Source: Tubiluchus corallicola (taxonomy: Eukaryota; Animalia; Priapulida). From it: a stretch of DNA of 64,000 bases. Position numbers and translations under genes: made by a program. Below, in pieces: positions 12,897-26,272 of the stretch; position 1 is the stretch's first letter, and each line of letters begins with the position of its first letter. The DNA is taken from assembly GCA_030141605.1 (NCBI GenBank), contig JAQGDQ010000182.1, forward strand, positions 367,813 through 431,812. The letters run 5' to 3'. The notes under the pieces were generated by a model that saw only the letters and a list, made by a program, of their open reading frames with translations, searched no databases and was not told the origin of the DNA.

Positions 12897-15800
12897 ATGT
12901 TGCCAACATTGAAATTTATAAATCCCCGTGAGCTATTTGTCTTTGTCTGCATTCTACTGGTAAGTACTTAAAGGCTCGCTAGGTGACATTAGATCTTTGC
13001 TAGTTAGATAAATCTGTAATTTGAAGTTTAAATGCTTCTAAAACATTATATATAAACTTCATTTATTTTAAGTGGATGCAGTGGATTGAATACACACACC
13101 ATACCATACACAGACCATGGATCTGTGTATTGTATTAAGACTTATAAAGTGGATTAAAACATTAAATTGCGATAACTACATTAAAAAACTTATTATGATG
13201 ATTATGGTAAATTTATGCACTCTTTGTTTTGTTGATTTTTTATGTTTCACTTTGCAGTTGAATATTTTACATCATCCTGTAAACAGTTCTACAGTGCAGC
13301 TAACACGGGCTAATTTTGACCATGTGATAAGTAAGTAACTACAAAGCAAAGTGGAATTAACAATTGTGGTTTACAATACTCAGACCATGCTTTTATGTAT
13401 TTCATAGCCTGACTGAATGTAATCGGTATAACTTATTGTGAAGCTGAGAGTAGGAATAACTTAGCTGATTATTCTGTATTTATGATTTGGATTCAGTTAA
13501 GCTAAGCTTTTTCAGGTAAAGACTAGTGGTTAAAAGTAATAGATTTTAAAAACCATTTGTAACAACGATTTGTTTCTGCAGTCACATTTACATGAAGAAA
13601 GCTGCGTACTTGTTTTAAATGTTAGAATATTATAAATTTAAATAACTCTGTTCAAATAAATGTATTGAAAAAACATGAAAAGCATGCTAAATCTTTATTT
13701 TTTTTAATTAGCTGTGTCATTTATTTCAATGTACCAAGGCTGGCTTCCTTCATTCTATTTTTATTGTTTCTGTCATATAATATTTGTCATAATGACATAT
13801 TTTAACTGTCACTCGAAGACAATTTGCTAAAAAGCTTATTGGTATATTCAGTACATCTGAGTCTTCTATGTACATAAACTACTTTTCATCATCATTAATA
13901 TAATCGTCTTCCGAGCAATACTAATTGAGCTAGTCCTCATACATACAAGGAATTTATTTTCTATTTTATGTATTGTAGAAAATGGGAATAAAGGCGAAAT
14001 AGGGTCCGCTTTTGCAGTATATCCAATGGCTACAGATAAAATGACAATTTTTTATTCATACATATGTTAAAACTATTTAAAAGTAAAGAATCTCCAGGCG
14101 CAAGCACAGTTATGATGATCTTATACATAAAATGGCACTATAAATTAGTATATAAAAGCAATAGGCTAACATGGTTATAGTTCATCAAAAAGGTCATATT
14201 TATTTAACTAAATATAAATTAAGTACACTGTATAAAACATTATAAACGGTAATAGGGTATGGAGAGAACCATTTTTTCTAACTGATAATCTCATTGCATG
14301 TTTTGACTTTAAATAAAGTTAAAATAAAGCAATAAATTGAAATTAGCTAATTTCTTGCTAGAAATTGACATAGACTAGTAGCACTAAGAACTTGATAATT
14401 TAGATTAAGCATTCGAAATGTTTATGACTGAGTTGGCAATTGAGAATTTTGAAACATTTTATCTTGAAAGCAGTTTGAAGTTGTGATCTCACAATTGGTT
14501 GGTTGAAACATAATGAAAAAGTCTTCAAAATTTAGGTAATCAGGCAACTATGAAATCTTATCATTCATTAATGAACTCAAACACAAAAAACAGCTAACTT
14601 CTTAAGCACAAACAAATCATGTTCTGCTTAATACCATTAAGTTTGATCGAAATATTAAATGAAATATTAAAAACATTGAATTCGTAATCTTATAGTTCTC
14701 GTTGCCTTTTTTCAGAAAATACAGAGATAGTATTTGTCAACTTTTATGCTGACTGGTGTCGTTTTAGTCAAATACTAAATCCACTTTTCGAAGAAGCGGC
14801 AAAGAAGCTGCTGAGTGAAGAACAGGTAATTGGTTCATTGGGTAATTAGCAAGGACAATTATGTAAATGATCGAACTCATCCCAGTTATTTGAGAGCATA
14901 GAAGTGGATACATCTAATGGCTACAACTGTTTTGCCCCATAGCAATAATTAGTTTCACATTTCCACCAAGTAACCAAGGTTCTTGTAAACAAAATTGCAG
15001 TAATTCGTCAGATGGATTACAGATGTTTGACAGACTGTTTAGTTGATTTTTTTCTATTTTTAATATTGATTTCATTGTGTTTTTTATTACGATTACAGGA
15101 TGCACACCATAGAGCCATTTTTGGGCGAGTAAACTGTGATGAACAAAGTAAGAATACACTAGTTTAAGTGCACTAGTTTAGTTTGACAGATACATTTTGA
15201 GAGGATCCTGTAATTTATTAATTTTGTAAATTAGCTAATTATTTTTTTAATTCGCTGCACTGACAGGTTTGTTTGAATACAAATTTGCATTTACAAATAT
15301 AAAATTACATTTACAGTTAAAAAGGCATGAACTGCAAACATGATCCTAAAGCATTCATACTGGCTGCAGCTTCTTTCTTACTAATCAAGTTTGCCAAATA
15401 ATCATATAAGCGCATGTGCTGATCACTTTAATATTTGTAAACTATAGTGGATTTAAACTATGCTTAAGATTTGAAAAGAGCCAGCCAGAGACTATTTGTT
15501 TCAACAAATTATCTAACATAGCCAATTTTTTGATTATAAGTGCTTCAAGATGTTTGATTAAAACTACTATGCTAAAATTATTATGCATTAGAGGTTATAC
15601 ATTTAGTAAGTGTCTTCTAGTTGACTTTATCAGTTCTATGCTGCTGCTTTTATAAGTGTTGAAAGTCATTGGAACTATTTCAACACAAACATGTAACTTG
15701 TTTGTCAATTGTAACTTTTACATTTCTGTTTTTAGCTGATGTCTGCACACAAAATCACATATCAAAATATCCAACGTTAAAACTGTACAGAATGGGCACG

Positions 15801-18800
15801 ATGGCAAAGCGGGAATATCGAGGTCAAAGGTCAATCGATGCACTGGCAGATCACATAAAGAAACAGTTAGAAGATCCAATTAAGGAGTTTGGAGATATGA
15901 AAGAGTTGGATAGCCTCGATGTAAGTAACATTTTTGTAGATTCGTTGATAGCTTAAGTAAAGTAAACGTTATTAAGTCAGTAAGTTTATGCAGACACATA
16001 GTATTCAGGCAGGAAATATTACTGCTACTTCATTTGATTAAGGATTAAAAATTCGCTTATTGTAGCCATGCATATTATTAAACGACGTTTAAATTACACT
16101 TTAAATTATCTTGATATCAAAATCTTAAGGTTTCCTTTTTCGTGTTTTCATTGCAAGGCTTATACATGCACTCAGCATACTTTTAGTGTCTTGCCAAGAT
16201 TTAATGGTAACCCTATTCAGTCATAGCTATAATAAATCGCCCGAATTTGAATATTTACCTTTTCAAATTTTTGTAATAAATTACCAAGAGTGTACTGCCG
16301 ATTATGGGGATAAGTTTCATTTGACAGATAATTACTTGTTTGTTATAAGTGAATTTGGAGATTAAAGGTAGAGGGTAGAAGAGGTCAGCATCATATTAAA
16401 ATTAAAATGGCTAATAGAACCAAACTTAGTAGTTAGTGCAATTTACTAGGAAAACTTCTGTTTAACTTGCATGCACATGAAAACTGAAACATCATGCACT
16501 ATGCACAATGCTATTATCTTTAAACTCAGTAATACTGTTCATCTTGAGGTTCTGTGTACCCAGTATGGAGATGAAAATCCTAAAATCGAGGTTCATTTTA
16601 ACACATATGTTGACAAATTGGGATTCTATTGTATCTGTTACTCGAATATTTTGACACTTGCATTTTCTAAAATTACTGCAAATTAATGAGTGCTAATTTA
16701 TAATTTAACTGATTTATCTATAGGAATTGCATACTTTCTTTTTCAGGAAAATAAAAGAACTATAGTTGGGTATTTTAAGGAGAAGTCTTCTCCGACATAC
16801 AACACGTTTAGACGTGTTGCAACTGTGCTTCGCGACGATTGTGATTTCTTTGCTGGGTTTGGGTAAATAAGCATTATCCATTTTGTAACAGATATTTATC
16901 ATTCATTAGCATAAATATAAGAGATAGTTTAATTGATTTCTGATACTACTGAGCCACTTTTGTGTAGCACCTTTGTACTGGATTCTTTTGTTGCACCAGC
17001 TGCATCACATTATAGATCAAGTTGGACATCTTGCTGAAATTTTGCTTTAGTTCAATAAAAATGTTGAGCGTATTTAGCATTAGTGTAACTTCAACATATA
17101 CAAGGTGTTCCACTCGGAAGGAAAAAGCTCTATGCACAGTAGTGAATACAGATCATTGTACTTTTTGCAAATAATTCTTTGAATTATGTGTAGGGATGTA
17201 ACTTGTAAGTGAACTTCTTATTTATATTTTTTCTTGTTAGATCAAATAGAGTACCCATGTATTGATATCACTGTGAAAATGCACTAATTTGACAAACGTG
17301 GCCTGATATCTTTTTACAGTGAAACATTTTTAAGTAAGAAATGAGTTGTGCTGCTTGAACGACAGTCGCACATTATTCCGGGTACATCCAAATCACTATT
17401 ATTTTCTTTAAATGGAACACTGAACTAGCAATAGCATACAGTGGAAGCAGCTTGTGCATTTTATTATAAAACTTGCACCTTGAAATGCATTGCCGTATTT
17501 AAAATCAGATTCTGTTTTTAGGGAAGTAACTAAAGCTGAGAGAGTGGGTAGCGATAATATTGTGTACCGACCACCAAGAGTAAGTAACACATGAAAAGTG
17601 ATATTACTCTTTCATTGTTTGAACCAAATAAAATGAAAAGTGTGAGATGAGCAATCTTGTGGTTTATTACTATGTTGTTTGTTAAAAGATTCATTGTGGA
17701 ATATTATAGCAGAACCTTAAATAAGTGCAGTCAACAGACAGCAGAAGTTTCGATCTTTGAATATTCTTTCACAAGAAATGGTTTGATGGGACAAATTCGG
17801 TGAATGGCTTGCAAAAGACAGAGAAAAATCAGCACTTGGTTTTTGTAAACAAACATTTCAAACCCGGAATCCATTCAATATATAAGCAATTTGTTGATAT
17901 GTTTTTTCTGGTAAAATGTAGTTTACTAGTAAAGTACATGTATCTCAAAACTTTTGAATTTCTGTTCTTTCAAACTTCTTAGAAGTCCTCAAGGAAAACG
18001 TAATATCTATCTTATTTCATGTTTAAATTTTATAATAATAACACAGTGCTGTTTACTTGTATTTAAAATAGAGGAAAAAACAAAATTATAAGTAGCATAC
18101 ATTATTGATGATAGCTGTTTAATTTTGATGCAGTTTACAGTATAACTTGAATTTTGCTTGCTTAACTTGTTTTGCAACCAATTAGCGAATGACCATTGTT
18201 TTGTTATATTTAGCTTGTTAGCTAATGGCATCTCTAGAATAGAGTAACACATGAGAAGTGATACTTTTTTTTCGTTGTTTGGACCAAGTAAAATGAAAAG
18301 TGTGAGATGTGTTATCTTGTGATTGCATTAATTACTTTGTTGCTTATTCGATGAAATTATTCGATGAGCTTTAAGTTGTGCTATTCAGTCTGCAGCATGC
18401 TAGTGCATACAGTCTGATAAGTAGACTTGCTTGCCTTCCTGTCTGAATTTGCAGCTTTTGATCACTGGTTTATTTTGATTTCTTATAGCATGGAAACGAA
18501 ATGGTGTATGTTGGGCCACTGATAAACTTTGATAATTTAATAGCTTGGGCAACTGACAAGTGCAATCCACTTGTGAGAGAAATCACATTTGAAAACGCTG
18601 AGGTGAGAAAAATTTCAGCTCCTAACAGCTTCTTGAAGAACATTTATGTCTTAAATTGTCATTGTGTTGTTCGAATAATGTCGGTGACTGTTAATTCTTG
18701 TGACTTTTCTATGCTGCTTAAATTTGTTTACACTTGTAAAAAATTTTGTTGCACAGGAAATGACAGAGGAAGGATTACCGTTCATGATCTTATTTCATGA

Positions 18801-21800
18801 TCCTAATGATACAGCAATAGTAGAAGAATATAATAAGGTCGTATCAAGGGAATTGCTTCTTGATCGAAGTAAGTGGTCCTGTAATAAGTTTTTTCACAGT
18901 TCCAGTGATTAATGATGATCATAAAAAGGTCAAAGGTTAAGTGTACCAGACAGCGCATTTACACTTGACAGTGCTTTGCAGTCGTGCTATTGTAATAGTA
19001 ACATTTTTAACACCCAAGTAGAACCTTACCTAGTTCGTGCTACTAAATCACTCTACGCACAGACTAATGCCTAATTAAGTAAAGGCTATGTTAAGCAACT
19101 GAAGTAACTGAACTGATGCAGCAAACGTGTTTGCTTTACCCACTTGTCACGTGATAGTTGTAGTTAACACGCTTTGCCGTGGTACACTTAACCTTTGAAC
19201 TGCAATGACTGTGCGTGCACTCAACGAACTGTGAAAAGGCTGATTGTCTTAGATCTTAATCCATTAGGCTTAAGTCTCATAAGTTTGGTAGCATTGTGAA
19301 TGTGTACAATTTTACCCAATCAGTGACAAATGACAAAAGTTTTATGTAAATTTGCTCCCATTCTGATGCTTCTATCATGTGTGATAATAAACAGCTACAG
19401 ATCTCTTTTGTGAATTTGTAACAGTACTCAAAGAATGCAAAGATTATGTAGCTATAACAAAGTTATATATCTTGAGTATTTTTTATTGAAGCTGAGTAAC
19501 AGGGTCCATTCAAATATATTTGTTTTCACTATTTGTGTTTTTTATCAGCAAAGAAATGATCTCTTATTATAAACAATTGTGATTAATGAACACTTGTTTA
19601 GTTTACGGATAGGAATTTGTAAAATGAAGTAAGGACAAGTAAATAAACTTTGAGATTAGAAACAGTCACTAAAAGTAGCTGTTTAGATGGAATTTTTTTG
19701 AATTAAATCTGACTGTACCTCCATCATTACATTAATTGCTTTCAAAGTCACTCATTAATTTAGTGCTTGCGGTTTGCAATTTATAATAAGCACTCCTAGA
19801 ATTATTCATTTACAATGAAAGACGCAATGTCAGAAATTGCTGAAATGTGAATTGTTTGAGAAGTTTGCTTAACATAACAGTTTATTAATTTGTTTAGTAT
19901 TGCAAAACATTTTTGGATGAAGCTTCTTTGTAACTAGAAGTATGTACTTGACTAATAAACTAATTTATTTTCAGTTGGAAATTGATGTTTGAGGTAAATA
20001 GCATTTTCGTAGGTAAAAATAGTGAAACTATTTTCGGTATTATGTAATAGAATTTCTTGTGTTTAGATACCGTAAATTTTGTTACGGCAGACGGTAACAA
20101 GTTTTCACACCCACTTCACCATCTTGGTAAGACTTCAAAAGATCTACCATTGATAGCAATTGACAGTTTCCGACACATGTACCTCTTTCCTGACATCAAA
20201 GAACTCAGGTAAGGAAATGATCGAGTTTTTAGCCAGGTGTTAGGACAGAAATCATCAAAACTTGTATTTCCATTTTAACAGCAGGCGGCAATCTTGTTGT
20301 TTTCAAATATTTTTGAAGTAGTCAAGCTCAGTGGACTTCATGAAGTGTGGGTTTATGCATAACTGTTAACAAAAAACTCTGCATTTCTGAAAAAGTAGTT
20401 TTTGAAGCAATTTCTCACGATCATGTGGCAAGCACACTGTAACGTGGTAACAGAATGTGTTGCACATACCATGTATTGTTCTTGTGTGGCGTTGAAATTT
20501 GAAACATTCGAACATTAATGATTTGTGTGTTGCTTCTGCATATGATGAACAAAGAAATTTAAGTGCTAAAAGAATATAATATAGCTGGTTGTTAAAAAGC
20601 TGGAGCATGTTAACTCAGAGGATTTGATTATGTGCAATGTATCTTTGGCTGTCGTCATTTGTTTGCACTTTAGAAAATGTTACAGTAACCCAATCCATTT
20701 TTGTAGGTGTACTGAGCACTTCGTTTAGCACTGTGTATACGATTTAACCTTTTGTTATAATACTGAACATTGTTTGTTAATGTGTGGCTTCTGTGTACAT
20801 TTATATAGTATGTAACAAATAACAATTAAACTCCGGGGAAAAAACTTGGCAGATTAATGTTTTGTATTCATTTAGTATTCCAGGTCGACTGAAGCAATTT
20901 GTAGCTGATTTACATTCAGGGAAATTACATCGCGAATTCCATCATGGGCCAGATCCGACTCAAGCGCCGCAAAGCAAGGTGATAAATAAGTTCCCAGTTT
21001 TTTACTGCATGCCTTATAAAATAAGTAATCATTTTGGAAAAGTTTTGTTTGATTTGTGCGTCTTAGGTTGCATGCTACGTTAAAAAAGGACATACTAAAA
21101 TCACGTATCAGAAAAGAAGCACAGTCTGCGTATGAGAGTGCTGATCCTTGTGTGTTAGTTTTGCATTTTGTTGCACTTATGCGTGTGTCATAAAGAGAAC
21201 ATGCTACAGTCAAGTCCCAGTAAAGGTCCAAAATATTTTTTATATTAAGGGTGCTATTGTGCTATCCATTGCATACATTTTTGCTAACTCATCATAAGTT
21301 ATTTCTAATGCAAAATGAAATTAGTCAACGTCTGGAGGCTTTCAGAGTTTTCTCTTGATTAGTGAATATAACTTAAGCTTGTTTAATGTCTGTTTCCATA
21401 AGTACGAGCCACAAAATTATATCAGTATGTTGTCAGTTAGTTTAGAAGTAAGTCTTACAAGTAAGAGGGTTAGTGGTGCCAGCGAGTTTGTCAAGTGTCG
21501 CTTTCTACTGGTTTGGTATTACTTTGGATACCTGTAAACGAGGCCTAATTGTTTACAATAGGAAGACAAAGGCTTTTTGGAAATCAAGAGTGTCTGTGTT
21601 CGCATGGCTTTTAAGTCTATGCAGCTGACTCATTACCTCAACAATAGGCTTAGCTCTGATACTGCATGTACAACAGGCAACAGGTGAAGAGTGTCTAATT
21701 GGGACGGGCCACAGCAGAAGCAGAAATCATACTACAAGTGTTTCTTAATATTAAACTAATATTACCGGGGCTTTGGGAAAACGTCTGACAAAACTGGGTT

Positions 21801-22691
21801 TTGTAATAATGAGTTCTGTAGTAAACGTATGTGGTTACATAGGTTCTGTTATAACCTCGGCAAGGAGATAATAAAAGCATCGTACTACTGAGATTTTCGT
21901 TATAAGCCAAATTGTATTACCAAAATTTGATTGTACCTATTTGCAGACAAGCTTCATCTACTTGACATGCCTACAGTGTAGTTACAAAGTGTAGCCAAAG
22001 CTAGTCTTTAACGTGTGTGTGCTAAGAGTTCTTTACATCGGCATTGCTTGATAGTATTGCAACTATTGCCACTTGCAAGTTTCCTATTTTGGCCGATCTA
22101 CTATTTCGGTTAATCCACTATTCGGGGCGCCTCTGCTCAACATACTTTTTTGAAATATACCAGAAAGTTTTTAACGTGATTTTTCAGTTGCGAATTTTTT
22201 GAATTTTTAAATTGTGAACTTAGAAATTGTCTAGTTTTCTTGTTTCATTGTTAACGCCATCCAACAGCTACATATTGCAATTTCGCTTTTTAGACCGTGT
22301 ACCAGGCCATGAAAAAGGGGACAAGTGGTGATGTCAGTCCTATTTGAGTTTGTGCTATTATTTGAACTTCTAAATCTTAGCTCCTATTTAAATACATGTG
22401 TATGAAACATTATGATATACATTTTTGAGGTAAAATACTTGTTTTCGATTACAAGTAAAGAATGAATTATAGTCTAAAAATAGTCCCATTTTCTTTTAAA
22501 AAATTGCTTTGGGTTAAAGAATCTTTATGGTAACTAGGATTAGATTTTTTTAGTGTGCATTTTACTGCATGTTTATGGGCAGCATGTAATTTCAGGCGCA
22601 AACGCAAAAGTACACGGATCCCCCAGAATCGACATTTCGGAAGTTGCAGCCGTCCAGAACTCGCTATACGCTACTCCGAGATGAGTTGTGA
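12897..22691 (+). CDS. ERP44: Endoplasmic reticulum resident protein 44 (PDI family), RDEL isoform
   Basis: Phase-consistent exons 12897-12959, 13258-13330, 14716-14825 (FVNFYADWCRFSQ, the ERp44 CRFS site), 15099-15147, 15736-15920 (SKYPTLKLYR..KREYRGQRS), 16747-16862, 17522-17579, 18489-18602 (DKCNPLVREITFENAE), 18757-18868, 20067-20208 (AIDSFRHMY), 20876-20978 (LHSGKLHREFHHGPDP), 22596-22691 (PPESTFRKLQPSRTRYTLLRDEL*). Confidence 0.95.
18930..19198. mobile_element. MITE-like element in ERp44 intron
   Basis: 19-bp perfect inverted termini TCAAAGGTTAAGTGTACCA / TGGTACACTTAACCTTTGA; superfamily uncertain. Confidence 0.65.
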
Positions 22692-23095
22692 TGAAAAGTT
22701 TTGTGTAAATGAAAATAGGTGTGCATGTATTAATGGTTACTTTTCATGCATGGGTATTTGCTGTGCAAATTTAAAAAAGACGTTAGCTAGCTGGTAATTT
22801 ACATCAATACATTTTTACAAGTGCCGTTTACTGCTTATCACTGACTTCTGTGGATATTATCAATACTCATATGCTAATATCGATTTCATATCATCTGGCT
22901 TTCTTATGTAGTAAAAACCAGGTTTTAATTTTTGCGTAGGATGTAATGTAAATAATGTCCAGCTTCATATTTGTTTTCTAAATGGATCCAAATTGTCTAG
23001 CATCCTGTAATGATCTTGGGAACAAACCTCCCACTCACGTGTGCCTGCTAGATTAATTGTAGTGTATCTTGGAATAATTATGGATTTTTTTCTAG

Positions 23096-23206
23096 CTCAA
23101 TCTTGCAGATGACCCACCTGATCATTTGACTAGTCCACCGGAGTCAACATTCAAAAAGTTGCAACCTTCCCGGACCCGTTACACAATACTACATGATGAA
23201 TTTTAG
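23096..23206 (+). CDS. ERP44: ERp44 alternative terminal exon (HDEF isoform)
   Basis: ttttttctag|CTC AAT CTT GCA GAT... in phase 0 with the exon ending 20978; LNLADDPPDHLTSPPESTFKKLQPSRTRYTILHDEF*. Second acceptor at 23107-23108 (phase 1). AATAAA near 23737. Confidence 0.8.
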   Translation, partial: LNLADDPPDHLTSPPESTFKKLQPSRTRYTILHDEF

Positions 23207-24822
23207 CACTACAACCCTGTACAAATGTTGAATGTTACTCTTCAGCCTTCCATGTGAAAACTGCATTTTGTGATATTTTTCAACAGACATTTGTTAAAAT
23301 TTTGTAACATTTTCTGGTTTTACATTGTTGCAACAAGTTGTTTTCAAAACAGTGAAAGGTATTTCTTTGCATATTCTTTTCGTCTCTTGATTTTTTAAAT
23401 TATTGTTTTCATCATTATGCGCAAGGAAAAACCTCTTGCTGCAGCCTTATATTGTATGCGTGATTATAGTAAAATCTGACTTATGTCTTAGAACCCTAGA
23501 TGGCTGTTAACTAGCTTTATGTGATTGCTGGATTATTGTTTACATACCCTTCATAATATGTAGTAGACACTTTTTTTATGACAATGGCAGGTTTTAGTTA
23601 TTATCTTGTATATAAGAACCACATGGTATTTGATAGGTTTTTTTTGAAATCAAATTGACATTTTTAAGCTTGGTCCATTTGTAAGGGAAATGGTTAATTT
23701 ATTTTGTTGTGTGCTGTTACATTTAGCACACGAATTAATAAAATTAGCAGTAGGTCTACGTTGAAATTTCTGTTTTTATTTATATTATAATATATATTAT
23801 AATATATAATCGGAACGATATTATAATCGGAAAATCTTACATTTTGGTTATAATTTGGATGCCCAGCGTGAAAGTGGCCAATATTTGTTTTTACTATTTT
23901 ATTTCGCTAATTAACAGCTGTGCGGCATTCAAGAGCATTGAACATTGTAACTGCAATATTAGTGGAGTGAGTTGAAAAGGTTTCTAGAGAATTCTTACAT
24001 CGGCGTGACGAATCTCTTCACTGTGTGTCAATTTCTGTGAAATTTCTGATAGGGCTTAATCAAATTTCATTGATGTGTAAATTCTGAGACTGGATGTTTG
24101 TGAACAATGGTGAGTATAGTGAATGAGTTGTGTATTTGTATTTTATCTTCTATCCTTCCTTGTGTTAGGAGTCATGTATTGTGCAAGTTAGTCACTGTTT
24201 AGCCCTGGCTTCGCAGAATTTGTGACTTCCGCGACTATCTGAAAATTTCCATTTCCAATAGTCATGAAATATACTCCAAGTTTCCCAAATAGTCGCAAAA
24301 CATTTGCGGATATTTTCCATTGCCGCCAAAAGGTGCACAGAAATGTCGCAAATTATTCTCGATGTTCGTTAACAATTTTAAAATCTGCAAAAACTTGAAC
24401 ATTGAAGTTGGAAAAGCTGCGAGTTGGAGAACCTCAGTTGTCTCGCACTTGTCTCTGTGAAAATTCCTTGAAATGGTCATCAAATGATTTGCACATGATA
24501 TACTTTTGCGAGCGTCATGCAACATTTGCCATGTCATAAGTGTTGCAGAAGTAGCCAAACGTGAACAAACTTCTGTGGCACGAATTTCAGGAGATATTCT
24601 TGTGATTTTTGCTCAAGAACAAAGCTCTAAATTTGCAGGAATGTGGCGAAAATCGAGTAAAATTAGGTAAGATTTTACTTGAATTATTATCGACAAAACA
24701 GTCACAGGAATTTCTTGGTGACTGTTGAACTTAGAAAATATTCGACAGTCACAAAAAAATCCCGCCCCTGTGAAACCCTTTAGGATTTTGCTTATATAAG
24801 AATGCAATATTCAGTTCTAAGA

Positions 24823-24937
24823 AAACATTAATTTATTAAGAAGAGGCAATGACTGTTATTATATTTCACAAACCAGCATAATTCTGGTTCGTGAAATATA
24901 ATAACAGTCATTTCCTCTTCTTAATAAATTAATGTTT
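24823..24937. repeat. Near-perfect hairpin (54-bp arms, 7-nt loop) nested in an older ~140-bp inverted repeat
   Basis: 24823-24876 is the reverse complement of 24884-24937 with about 2 mismatches; 24547-24690 is a diverged inverted copy of about 24937-25072. Confidence 0.9.
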
Positions 24938-26272
24938 CGTGTAAAGTCCTATGTAATTTTACTCGAGTTTCATCACATTTCTGCAAATTTAGAGCTTTTT
25001 TCTTGAACGAAAATCACAAGAATATCTCCCGAAATTCGTTGCAACAGAAGTTTGCTCACGTTTGACCACTTCTTTAATTAGTTAAATTTGTTAAGCTGAA
25101 ACTGATTAATGGTTATTGTTATCGAATGCTGTTGGAAGTATTGTATTATTTATTTTAAGCAGTGTTTTAGATACTAGATGTGTTTAAGTTGCTCATTAAG
25201 TTTTACAGCTGTTTATTTTAATTTAATGCTATGAATGACGTTTTCTTTAATTGGGGATGTTATAAAAATTAAAATAACTGAAACTGTAGTATTTTGTTCA
25301 TAAGGCATCTCTTTTTCTTTATTATTTTGAAGTTGGTGTAAATTATATTGGGCAGATTTAATACTTTCTTTATTCTTGTAAACTTTTTGTTTGCTGGCCA
25401 TAGATTTAATTGCTGTTTAGACACTCTTTGCTAAGAAATGAGTGCCTTTCATGTGAAATGGCTTCTAGTAAACTTGCATCTTTGATGTAGTGTACATTGA
25501 TATTATTTCATCGAGTTGTAATTGATATGTCTGTATAAGGATCTGATCTTCATTCTTTGTTCTGTGGATATAACTGTATACAGAGTTATTATTAACTCTT
25601 TGATGGGTACATTATTAATAACAATGTAGTAAAACCTGGATTATAAATTATTGCTTTAATTGTTTAGTTTCAGTTTTTAAATGTTGCACAGCACACTATT
25701 TAATCAAATGCATTCACTTTATGTTTTGCTGCACTGATGTTCATTTATTATTGAGAAGTTATACACATATGTGCAAGTCACAGAACGCGCAGCACCGAAG
25801 ACTATTTGTTTTATTTTCAACTTTTAAAATGGTAGGCAATGATAACTAAAGCTATTCACAGTGATTCTCATAAAAAGCAGCATTGTCAAGCATTACAAAG
25901 AAAAAGTGCTATACTGTTAACTAGGATCAAAATTAAGCTTACATCTATTACTGGTACTATTCAGAGTAAAATTATAAAATCCAAGTTTATTGTGAATAAA
26001 AGTGAATTTACACAAATTGTTATCAGCAATGACATATTTTAATTAAAAAAATGATATCAATGTGCAGACTACTCGAAATACATCACACACGGATAAAAAA
26101 CTCAGTCTTTAGAATATTGATACAGTCATTTACTATATACATGTAACTTTTATAATATAAATTCTTTACAATTTCTTACAGTCTATGTACAGTATGTAAC
26201 TACCAATGTTCAACACTTGTGTTGTGATGGATGAAATCATTAGTAATGAGCAAGTAGACTTTAACAGCGCAG

